Sequence record: OY757064.1
Direction: 5' to 3' (one strand)
Origin: Klebsiella phage vB_Kpn_K62PH164C2
Length of the DNA stretch: 53,157 bases
A program made the translations under genes and the position numbers. Below the pieces are notes generated by a model. That model did no database searches and had not been told where the DNA came from. It saw only the letters and a list, made by a program, of their open reading frames with translations. Shown one piece after another: positions 9,987 through 19,000 of the stretch. Numbering within the stretch: position 1 is the stretch's first letter; every line of letters begins with the position of its first letter.

Positions 9987-10294
9987 AGCGGGCCGTTAAG
10001 CTATCTCAGATGCCGGAGCCGACAGACGCAGAATTGGCAGATTACGGACTAAGGCGCGAGGATTACGAGCAGGATCTTGACGTTGTTCATTTCACCGAGG
10101 AAATGGCTAGATCCTGGGATTTGTTCCTCGCAATGTCAACGCAATGGCGGCAGGGTGGCGGCGGCCCGACAGGCTTAGATTATAATGCATTGCCTATCGT
10201 TATGAAGTTCTATAAAATAGACGATGACGAAGCATTGTTTAACGACTTGAGAATATTAGAGGGTGAGACTCTTCGACTATTCTACAAGAAATAA
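9675..10294 (+). CDS. G-T-like fusion by -1 frameshift at A_AAA_AAC (9977-9983)
   Basis: Heptamer in frame directly before the stop; after -1 shift CTA AAG CGG GCC GTT AAG CTA TCT CAG ATG... is open into ORF 10010-10294. Confidence 0.82.
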
Positions 10295-10298
10295 CCAT

Positions 10299-10320
10299 AG
10301 CGCCTTCGGGCGCTTTTTTT
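10299..10320 (+). terminator. intrinsic terminator
   Basis: AGCGCC-TTCG-GGCGCT-TTTTTT. Confidence 0.85.
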
Positions 10321-10333
10321 GTATGGTGGCTAT

Positions 10334-13300
10334 ATGACTGAAAAGTTTGCAGGTCTAGCGCTAGGCGTTGACGTGTCGCAAGTCGATAATGCCGTCAAGT
10401 CACTTCAGAATTTCAAAAGAGCGAATAATGAAGGGGCGCAGGCGGTTGAAGATTTCGCGATGCAAGAATCAATGGCGAGAGCCAAGGCCAAGGCGCTGGC
10501 GGAAGAGATCGCCAAGCAGCGAAAGGAGACAGAGCAGGCCCGAACCGATTTTAAAAAGCTGGTTCAGGTTATCGACCCAACGGCTAAAAAAATGGATGAG
10601 TTGCGGGTTGCTTCTCAAGCGCTCGATCGGGCTTGGCAGAAGGGCATCGTTCCAGATGAGCAGTTTTTCAAGCTTGGCGAAATGCTCGACAACGAGGCCG
10701 GGAAGTTAAAGAACGTCCAGCTTGCATTGACTGAAGAAGGGCGGGCGGTACTCGCAGAGGCGAAAGAGAAAGAGCGCGCTACTCTGATCGGTGATAAGTT
10801 CATTGCCAACCTTGAGCGCCAGGCGGCGCAGGCTGGGAAAACTAAATCGGAAATCCTGGCAATGCAGGCGGTACAGGCAGGGAGAGAGGCGCAAGCATCG
10901 CCGTTAATCGCACAAATGCAGGCTCAGGAGAACGCAGCGCGCGAAGCAGCGGCGGCAATCAAGGCAGAGGCGGCAGCTAAGCGCGAAGCAGAGAATCAAG
11001 CCAAGTCTTTCATGCAGACGCTAAAGCGCCAATCTGAGGAGGTGGGGTTAAGTCGCATTGAGATCCTAGAGTTGAGAGCCGCAGAGATGGGGCTTACCGC
11101 TCAGGCCAAGCCGATGATCGACAACCTGAAGAAGCAAGCAGCGGCGATGAACGTTAACGGGTTATCCGCAGGACGTTATCGAATGGCGATGCAGCAGCTA
11201 CCCATGCAGATCACGGACGTTGTAACATCTCTCGCTTCAGGTATGCCCGTTTGGCTGGTTGCCGTTCAGCAGGGCGGACAGATTAAGGACTCATTCGGCG
11301 GGATCGGGAACGTTCTTAAGCTTTTGCGGCAGCAGATTACGCTAACTCGCGTCGCTATGGGTGGCCTTGCTGGTGTTATGGCTACGCTGGGAATCGCGGC
11401 TTATCAATCCTACATGAATCAGCGCGAGCTACAGAGCGCACTGACAATGACGGGCGGTTACGCTGCGAAGACGGCGGCAGAGATTTACGCAGTAACCGAA
11501 GAGATTAACCAAAACAGCAGCGCCACGATCGGGAGCATTAACGGGATCGCTACCAGCCTGGCTAAGTCCGGCAAGTACACGATTAACCAAATCAAGATGA
11601 TCACCAAAACAACGGCGGAATGGGAAGCTGTTACGGGCGAAAAATCTGATGAGGTTGTATCGCACTTCGACAAGATCGCAAAAGACCCGGTTAAGGGTTT
11701 GGCCTCGCTTAATGAGCAATTTAATTTCCTGGAGAAAGGGCAGCTAACCTACATCGCCAACCTGAAGAAAACGCAGGGAGAAACGGCAGCGGTAGACGCC
11801 GCAACCAAACTCTTTGCCGACACGATGGACACGCGATTAGCTCAGATTGCAGATAGCGCAACGCCGCTTGAAAAAATGTGGACTGACATTAAAAAATGGT
11901 CTGCTGATTCGTGGAAGTGGGTAGGAGATCACACGGTCGCGGCATTGAACAAGGTCGTTTCGGTTGTTCAGTCGATTATCAACCAGGTTCGCGCGCTCAT
12001 TGCTCAGGGCGACGCCATGATCGCAGGATTCATGGTTAAAGCTGGTGAATCTTATCAGAATTCATGGCTGGGTAAAGTTGGGCCGGATATGTCAGGCTTC
12101 ATTGCTGACCAGCGCAAGATCTGGAACGATGCCAAAAAGGATGCGGCAGACTTCGCCAAAGCGGCGGACAAGGCATACGCCGACGCGATGAAATCAGAGG
12201 ATGAATGGATTAAGCGCCAAGGGCGGGAGCAGAGCGGGAAAGGATATAGCTCAAAGGTTAAAGATGATGTAGCGAAGGAAGCCGAAGAACTGGCGAAGAA
12301 GGGAGCCAAGGCCCGCAAAGATCAGGTTGACGCAGGGGCGAAATTGGGCGAGCAGTACGAAGCCGAAGTTCTGGCATTGCGCGCTCAGCTTAAGGTTTTA
12401 CAGGATCACAAAGGACTTGACGACAAGATCTCGCAGCAGAGAAAGACCTACTGGAATGATGTTGCGCGATTCCAGATCCTTGAGGAAGCCGCAGGCCGTC
12501 GCAAGTTGACGAACAGCGAAAAGCAGCTATTAGCCCAAAAGGAAATCATTCTAGCGGCGTCCAAGGAAAAGGCCGAAATTGGTGATCAGATTGTTCAGCA
12601 GGAGCGTTTAAACGCGCTACTTGATAAATCAGTCAAGCACCATAACGAGATGCTAGCCAAGCGCCAGGCTCTTAAGGCAACCGAGGGGATGAGCGATCGC
12701 CAAGCTTCGCGATACACGGAAACCGAGAAGCTTCGCACTGACTGGATTAATGGCGGCGGAAAGGATACCGATTCCGGCTACTTAAGCATGAAAAAGGATA
12801 TGGAAGATTACTACGCTGAAGAGGACGCGCTTAGAGGTAGTTGGGAGGCTGGAGTTTCTAAGGCGTGGGCCAACATTGGCGATCAGGTGATGGACGTATC
12901 CGGCAACATGCAGAGCGTTATAGAGGGGGCATTCAACGGCGCGGCTGATGCAATGACAACCTTCCTGCTAACTGGTAAGATGAACTTCGGGGAGTTTGCA
13001 AAAAGCATCCTTGCGGACTTAACGAAGATGCTTGTTAAGATGGCTCTATTTAACGCGATGGCTTCAATGTTTGGGGGGTTTGGAGGGGCAGCGTCGGGCG
13101 CTGGCGCATCATCCGGTACAGCGGTAAGTAATTGGGGTGGTTCGCTCTTCGCAAATGGTGGGTACACTGGCGACGGCGGGAAGTACGAGCCTAAAGGCGT
13201 TGTTCATGGCGGTGAGTTCGTATTCACCAAGGAGGCGACAAAACGAATTGGCCCGGACAACCTTCACAAGCTTATGCGCGGCTACGCGAATGGCGGTCTT

Positions 13301-13519
13301 GTTGGCTCCGTTCCAACCTCGGGGAGTGGCACCACGACAACCGGAAGCGGCGGAATCCAATTCCAGATGGGCGACGTTGTTTTGCAGGGGGTAGGCTCTT
13401 CAGGGCCGGACGCTAAAGCAATGGAGCAGGGCGTTAGAGCTATCTTTAACGATATGATTAACACGGAAACGCGCCAGGGTGGCAGGCTATACAACCTGAT
13501 TAATGGGGGTAAAAAATAA
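10334..13519 (+). CDS. tape measure protein (lambda H-like)
   Basis: ~1061 aa; 'MQITDVVTSLASGMPVWLVAVQQGGQIKDSFGG' and C-terminal 'FAKSILADLTKMLVKMALFNAM'. Confidence 0.95.
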   Translation: MTEKFAGLALGVDVSQVDNAVKSLQNFKRANNEGAQAVEDFAMQESMARAKAKALAEEIAKQRKETEQARTDFKKLVQVIDPTAKKMDELRVASQALDRAWQKGIVPDEQFFKLGEMLDNEAGKLKNVQLALTEEGRAVLAEAKEKERATLIGDKFIANLERQAAQAGKTKSEILAMQAVQAGREAQASPLIAQMQAQENAAREAAAAIKAEAAAKREAENQAKSFMQTLKRQSEEVGLSRIEILELRAAEMGLTAQAKPMIDNLKKQAAAMNVNGLSAGRYRMAMQQLPMQITDVVTSLASGMPVWLVAVQQGGQIKDSFGGIGNVLKLLRQQITLTRVAMGGLAGVMATLGIAAYQSYMNQRELQSALTMTGGYAAKTAAEIYAVTEEINQNSSATIGSINGIATSLAKSGKYTINQIKMITKTTAEWEAVTGEKSDEVVSHFDKIAKDPVKGLASLNEQFNFLEKGQLTYIANLKKTQGETAAVDAATKLFADTMDTRLAQIADSATPLEKMWTDIKKWSADSWKWVGDHTVAALNKVVSVVQSIINQVRALIAQGDAMIAGFMVKAGESYQNSWLGKVGPDMSGFIADQRKIWNDAKKDAADFAKAADKAYADAMKSEDEWIKRQGREQSGKGYSSKVKDDVAKEAEELAKKGAKARKDQVDAGAKLGEQYEAEVLALRAQLKVLQDHKGLDDKISQQRKTYWNDVARFQILEEAAGRRKLTNSEKQLLAQKEIILAASKEKAEIGDQIVQQERLNALLDKSVKHHNEMLAKRQALKATEGMSDRQASRYTETEKLRTDWINGGGKDTDSGYLSMKKDMEDYYAEEDALRGSWEAGVSKAWANIGDQVMDVSGNMQSVIEGAFNGAADAMTTFLLTGKMNFGEFAKSILADLTKMLVKMALFNAMASMFGGFGGAASGAGASSGTAVSNWGGSLFANGGYTGDGGKYEPKGVVHGGEFVFTKEATKRIGPDNLHKLMRGYANGGLVGSVPTSGSGTTTTGSGGIQFQMGDVVLQGVGSSGPDAKAMEQGVRAIFNDMINTETRQGGRLYNLINGGKK

Positions 13520-13873
13520 ATGAAGCTGAAAACATTTACATGGTGTACTCAGATTCAGGGAGGGGCGGCGCAAGTCGCCGCTACCAACAATATGAGATCT
13601 GCTCAATTCGGCAATGGATTTATCCAATCAGCATCATCGGGGATAAACACTCGCCGCCGTAGCTCTAACATTGTCCACGGCTCATCGAAGCACTGGCGGG
13701 AGGTTTACGACTTTTGCAACGAGCACGTAATGAAGCCGTTTATCTGGACTCCGGCAGATGGGAGGATGGGGGTATTTATCGTCCTCCCGGATACGGTAGT
13801 TTTGAAGCCAGTAGCCGGAAAACTGTATGAGGTTACGGCAACGTTTGAAGAAAGATTTACCGCATTCAAATAG
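13520..13873 (+). CDS. minor tail protein (M-like)
   Basis: 'MKLKTFTWCTQIQGGAAQVAATNNMRSAQFGNGFIQ' after the tape measure; order as in lambda M. Confidence 0.8.
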   Translation: MKLKTFTWCTQIQGGAAQVAATNNMRSAQFGNGFIQSASSGINTRRRSSNIVHGSSKHWREVYDFCNEHVMKPFIWTPADGRMGVFIVLPDTVVLKPVAGKLYEVTATFEERFTAFK

Positions 13874-13913
13874 CACATTTTGCCGCCCATCGTGGCGGCT
13901 TTTGTGTTACCAT
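13871..13913 (+). promoter_or_regulatory. TAGCAC-module promoter (TAGCACATTTTGCCG-N22-TACCAT)
   Basis: Palindrome 13871-13885 (poor right half), hexamer 13908-13913; TAG is the stop codon of the M-like gene. Confidence 0.4.
13882..13903 (+). terminator. terminator-like hairpin GCCGCC-CATCGT-GGCGGC-TTTT
   Basis: Perfect 6-bp GC stem plus U-tract after the M-like gene. Confidence 0.75.
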
Positions 13914-13937
13914 CTCAAAACCAATAAGGGAGGTTCT

Positions 13938-14690
13938 ATGAAAAACAACTTATCATCAAACTTTGTAAACTGCCTTGAGTCGCTTTACCCTGGGGAGATC
14001 TTAACTCTCGTTGAGGTTGACGGCGAGAAGTTCGGCGCGCAGGTATACCGATTCCATAACGAGAATATTCAATTCACAACTGAAGAGCTTCTTCGTGTCC
14101 AGGCTGGCGGAGAATTACCGCAGAAGAATATAATCTTCCAGGGTAACGAGTATGGGCCGCGCCCGTTCGGGATCTCGGGAATTGAGTTAAGCACCGATGG
14201 AAAGGCTAATAAACCTAAGCTTGTCCTGTCAAATATTGACGCGCAAGTTTCCGCTCTAATCCGGGCCTACAACGGCATGATGCAAGCCAAGGTTACGATC
14301 TGGATTCTTGTTAAAGATCTTCTTAAAGACAACGGAACGGTTGAGCCTGGAGACTTCCGGCGACTGGTTTACTACATTGAGCGCCCGGAAAGTGTAGACC
14401 AGCAAAAGGCAACCTTTGAACTAACCAGCCCGTTTGATATGGATGGCGTGAACGTCCCGGCGCGGCTAACTCAAACGGTTTGCTATTGGGCGCAGCGCGG
14501 ATGGTACAAGAGCGGTAAGGGCTGCATGTATCGGGGCCAGAATGGATATTTCGACAAAGACGGAAAGCCAACCGACGACCCGGCCCAAGATTATTGCCCT
14601 GGCCTTGTCTCTTCGTGTAGACTAAGATTTAAAAGTGAGCCGCTGGACTTTGGCGGATGCGCAACGGCAACGGTTAAATCAGGAACTTAA
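13938..14690 (+). CDS. minor tail protein (L-like)
   Basis: Start MKNNLSSNF with GGGAGG RBS; C-terminal Cys-containing region and gene order M-L-K-I-J. Confidence 0.8.
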   Translation: MKNNLSSNFVNCLESLYPGEILTLVEVDGEKFGAQVYRFHNENIQFTTEELLRVQAGGELPQKNIIFQGNEYGPRPFGISGIELSTDGKANKPKLVLSNIDAQVSALIRAYNGMMQAKVTIWILVKDLLKDNGTVEPGDFRRLVYYIERPESVDQQKATFELTSPFDMDGVNVPARLTQTVCYWAQRGWYKSGKGCMYRGQNGYFDKDGKPTDDPAQDYCPGLVSSCRLRFKSEPLDFGGCATATVKSGT

Positions 14691-14692
14691 TC

Positions 14693-15427
14693 ATGATACA
14701 ACCAAAAATTAAGATGGCGATCTTTGAGCACGCAAAAGAGGTATACCCGCACGAATGCGCGGGTTTAATCACGCAAAAGGGGCGGGTTCAGAAATACCAC
14801 GCGATCGACAATGTGGCGGCAGACCCTGAAAACCAATGCGTGCCAGATGAAAAGAAGTACGGCGAAATCATGCTAGAGAATGAAGGGAAGGTTGTGGCGT
14901 TTGTTCATTCTCACACTGGCGACGGCGCAACCACGATCCCAAGCGCTCATGATATTTGCATGTGCAACGAGTTTGAAATCCCGTTCGTAATTGTAAGCTT
15001 GCCGGAAGGTGATCTTCGGGTTATCGAACCAACGTCAACGCCTCTGATTGGTCGGCCCTGGTCTTTGGGTTCATACGATTGCTGGGGGCTGATTATGTCG
15101 TTTCACAAACTGCATGGCATAGAACTAAACGACTTCCGAAAGCCTTACGAGTGGTGGAAGGAAGGAGAGGACTTGTACGCCGAAAACTGGCAAGCTGAAG
15201 GGTTCGAGGAGGTGTACGGCCCGCCGCGATTTGGCGATATGATAATCTTCCAACTTCAATCGCCAGTGTGGAACCATGCTGGGATTTACGTAGGAAACAA
15301 CGAGATCATTCACCACTTGCAAGGGCGTTTATCAAGCGTCGATTTGTATAGCGGTTGGTATGAAGAGAAAACCGTTTTGGTTTGCAGACATAAGGATCTT
15401 AAACATGGCATCATTGAAAAATATTAA
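14693..15427 (+). CDS. tail protein K-like: JAB domain + NlpC/P60 peptidase
   Basis: 'HECAGLI...FVHSHTGDGATTIPSAHD' (JAB) and 'SYDCWGLI...PRFGDMIIFQ...HAGIYVGNNEIIHH' (NlpC/P60). Confidence 0.93.
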   Translation: MIQPKIKMAIFEHAKEVYPHECAGLITQKGRVQKYHAIDNVAADPENQCVPDEKKYGEIMLENEGKVVAFVHSHTGDGATTIPSAHDICMCNEFEIPFVIVSLPEGDLRVIEPTSTPLIGRPWSLGSYDCWGLIMSFHKLHGIELNDFRKPYEWWKEGEDLYAENWQAEGFEEVYGPPRFGDMIIFQLQSPVWNHAGIYVGNNEIIHHLQGRLSSVDLYSGWYEEKTVLVCRHKDLKHGIIEKY

Positions 15428-16001
15428 GCTTAGCGGTTCGCTGGGGCGCAGATTCGGAGTATTCCACAAGTTCGCCGTAGATAGTTTCCCGGAATGCATC
15501 CGGGCAATGACCTATCAGGTAGAAGGCTTCAAGGAATATATTTCGAGTGAAGTTGGTAGCCGGACACGATTTGCTGTATTCGTTGACGGAAAGAACGTAG
15601 GCCAGCATGACTTACGGGCTTTTAAATGCGCTCGCGAGATCAGAATAATCCCGGTTCCAACGGCAGCAAAAAACGCCGGACTCTTCCAGATCGTATTGGG
15701 GGCGGTGATTATGGCTACCGCTTTCTTTACTGGTGGCGCTTCCCTTGCTGCAATGGGCGCTATGTCATCGGCGGCTTTCATGGCTGGCGGCGCTATGGTT
15801 TTGGGTGGTATTACGCAGATCTTATCACCTCAACCTGGAGGGTTAAGCAGATCTTCAGGCGTTGACAATAAACCATCATATGCCTTCGGCGGAGCTATTA
15901 ACACCACGGCGGCGGGTTATCCTGTTCAGCTTCCATATGGTTATAGGTCTGCTGGCGGGGCGCTGTTCTCTTCTGGTTCATACGCAGAAGACCAGGTTTA
16001 A
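15405..16001 (+). CDS. tail assembly protein I-like
   Basis: 'KNIKLSGSLGRRFGVFHKFAVDSFPECIRAM' and Gly/Ala-rich membrane-like C-terminus. Confidence 0.9.
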   Translation: MASLKNIKLSGSLGRRFGVFHKFAVDSFPECIRAMTYQVEGFKEYISSEVGSRTRFAVFVDGKNVGQHDLRAFKCAREIRIIPVPTAAKNAGLFQIVLGAVIMATAFFTGGASLAAMGAMSSAAFMAGGAMVLGGITQILSPQPGGLSRSSGVDNKPSYAFGGAINTTAAGYPVQLPYGYRSAGGALFSSGSYAEDQV

Positions 16002-16008
16002 AAAACAA

Positions 16009-16061
16009 AAGCACTTTTTACCCTGTGGGCTATGGCCTACGGGGTTTTTGTGTTGTATAAT
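16009..16061 (+). promoter_or_regulatory. possible divergent module before J-like gene: AAGCACTTTTTACCC-N32-TATAAT
   Basis: Half-conserved palindrome 16009-16023; TATAAT 16056-16061; spacing 32 rather than 22 bp. Confidence 0.3.
16020..16049 (+). terminator. intrinsic terminator upstream of J-like gene
   Basis: ACCCTGTGGGC-TAT-GGCCTACGGGGT-TTTT imperfect stem plus U-tract. Confidence 0.65.
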
Positions 16062-16091
16062 TTCCGTGAAATCAAAACAGGAGGCAAATTA

Positions 16092-19000
16092 ATGTCAAAA
16101 GTAATAACCGCAATGGGTAAGGGTGGCAGCAGCACACCGCGCCAGCCAAAGGAGATGCCCGATAACCTCATCTCCAAAGACAGGATTAAGCTTCTTCTCG
16201 CGGTTGCTGACGGTGAAGTAGAGAACGATTTCAACCTTAAGCAATTGATGTTCGGCGGCGTCCCGGTTCAAAACGAAAGCGGGGAATTCAACTACCCGGA
16301 CGTGATCGCAGAATTCCGGCCAGGTACGCAGACTCAAGACTTTATTCAAGGCTTCACCGAATCAAGTTCTGAAGTAACCGTTGCGCGCGACGTTAAGGCT
16401 AACCAGCCATACTCACTGACCGTTACCAACAAAAACCTTTCTGCTATTCGCTTCCGCCTCTTGTGGCCTCGCGTGCTTCAGCAGAAAGATAACGGCGACA
16501 TGGTAGGCTCAAAGGTTGAATATGCCTTTGATATGGCGGTTGACGGAGCGGCGTTTAAAGAGGTACTCCGCGACAATATCGACGGAAAGAATACCACTGG
16601 CGGATATGATCGAAGCATTCGCATTAACTTGCCGCAGGACTTCGCCAGCCAAGTAATTTTGCGAGTTCGCCGAATCACGCCGGATGCAGACGGGGTAAAA
16701 ACGGTTGACGCCTTTAAGGTTCAGAGTTACGCCGAAGTTATTGATGCCCGCTTCCGCTACCCGTTAACCGCGCTTCTCTATGTTGAGTTTGATTCGGACT
16801 TGTTCGAGAACAACATACCGACAATCTCCATTAAGAAGAAGTGGAAGATAATCCAGGTTCCGAGCAACTACGACCCGATCGGCAGGACTTACAACGGGAC
16901 GTGGAACGGTACATTTAAATGGGCCTGGAGCAACAACCCGGCGTGGGTACTTTATGACCTGATAACCAATCAGCGATACGGACTCGATCAGAAAGAGTTA
17001 GGAATCCCGGTTGATAAGTGGTCACTGTATGAAGTTGCGCAGTATTGCGATCAGAAGGTTCCAGACAACAAAGGCGGCGAAGAGCCTCGTTACCTGTGTG
17101 ATATGGTTGTACAGGATCAGGTTGAAGCTTATCGGTTGATTCGCGACGTATGCTCTATCTTCCGTGGAATGAGCTTCTACAACGGCGAAAGCATCTCAAT
17201 CGTTGTTGATAAGCCTCGGAATCCGGTTTACCTTTTCACTAATGACAACGTTATTGATGGTTATTTCGGTTACACGTTCGCCTCCGAAAAGAGCATGTAT
17301 ACGACCGTTAACGTGATGTTTGATGACGAAGAGAACGCCTATACTCAGGACGTTGAGCCTGTTTATGATGCGGTAGCTAGTCGCCGATTCGGTCACAACC
17401 CAACGGACATTACAGCGATCGGATGTGTTCGACGCACTGAAGCCAACCGTCGCGGGCGCTGGATTATCAAAACCAACCTTCGCAGCGAAACGGTAAACTT
17501 TGCAACCGGGTTGCAGGGCATGATCCCGACTTGCGGCGACGTTATCCAGGTTCTTGATGCGCATTACCAAAGCAACTTTGGCCTCATCCTTAGCGGAAGG
17601 GTTAGCGAAGTTTCCGGCCTTCAAGTTTTCTTGCCGATGAAGACAGACGCAAAAGCGGGTGACTTCATTATCATGAACAAGCCGGACGGCGCGCCAGTTA
17701 AGCGCACGATCGCAAGCGTATCAAGCGATGGCATGACGTTAACGCTTAACGTTGGATTCGGATTTGACGTTGCGCCTGATGCAGTATTCGCGATTGAACG
17801 TACAGACCTGGCGATGAAGCTTTACGTTGTAATGAGCATCTCCAAGGGCAGCGACGAAGAAGAGTTTCAGTATAATATTTCAGCGGTTGAGTATAACCCT
17901 GGCAAGTACGACGAGATCGATTATGGAGTCATCACCGATGAGCGACCAACGAGCATCGTTGAGCCGGATTCGATGCCAGCGCCGCAGGATGTAACAATCT
18001 CTTCATTCTCTCGCGTGGTTCAGGGCTTAAGCCTGGAAACAATGGTTGTAGGGTGGAGCAAGGTTCGTTACGCATCGGTTTACGAGATGCAATGGCGTAA
18101 GGATGGCGGCAACTGGCTTAACACTCCGCGCACGGCAACAACCGAAACTCAAGTGGAGGGAATTTACTCCGGGGTTTACGAGGTAAGGGTTAGGGCGATT
18201 AACGCTGGTGGGGTTGCTTCTCCGTGGTCTGATATAGTCGCTAAGTCGCTGACTGGTAAAGTTGGCAAGCCGAAAGCGCCGACCGGGATCACAGCATCGG
18301 ATAACGAAGTTTTAGGCATTCGCGTTAAGTGGTCTATGCCTGAAGGCTCAGGCGATACTGCCTATATTGAATTGCACCAGTCGCCAGATAACAACGATGC
18401 TAACTCATCGCTGTTAACTATGGTTCCTTATCCTGCTTTCGAATATTGGCATAGCACGCTAAGAAGCGGTCAGGTTGTTTGGTACAAGGTTAGAGCGGTT
18501 GACCGCATCGGCAACGTATCTGACTGGACGAAACTCACTCGCGGCATGGCGACCGACGATGTAGATCAGATAATGGATACCATTAAGATCGACATTCAAG
18601 GCACGGAAGGATACAAGGAGTTACAGAAGAATATCTTCGAAACAAACGAGCGGATTGATGAAGCCGAGCAGACCATCGCCAAGGTTGACGAAGACGCTAA
18701 GCAGGGAATCACAGAAGCCAAAAAGGATGCAGCAGACGCCAAGAAGCGAGCCGAAGAAGTTAACACGGCAGCGCAGAAAGGAATCAACGAAGCGAAGGCG
18801 GCAGCTAAAGCAGCAGACGACCACGCAACGCAAGTTGGAAAGGATGCTACGGCTGGACTGGCGGAAGCCAATGCAAAAACCGAACAAGTAAGGAAGGATG
18901 CAGAGCAGGGAATCGCCGAGGCGAAGAACGACGCCAAAGCGGCGAAGGATGAGGCGCTAAGGGTTGAGGCTAAGGCTGATAAAGGAATCAGCGAAGCCAA

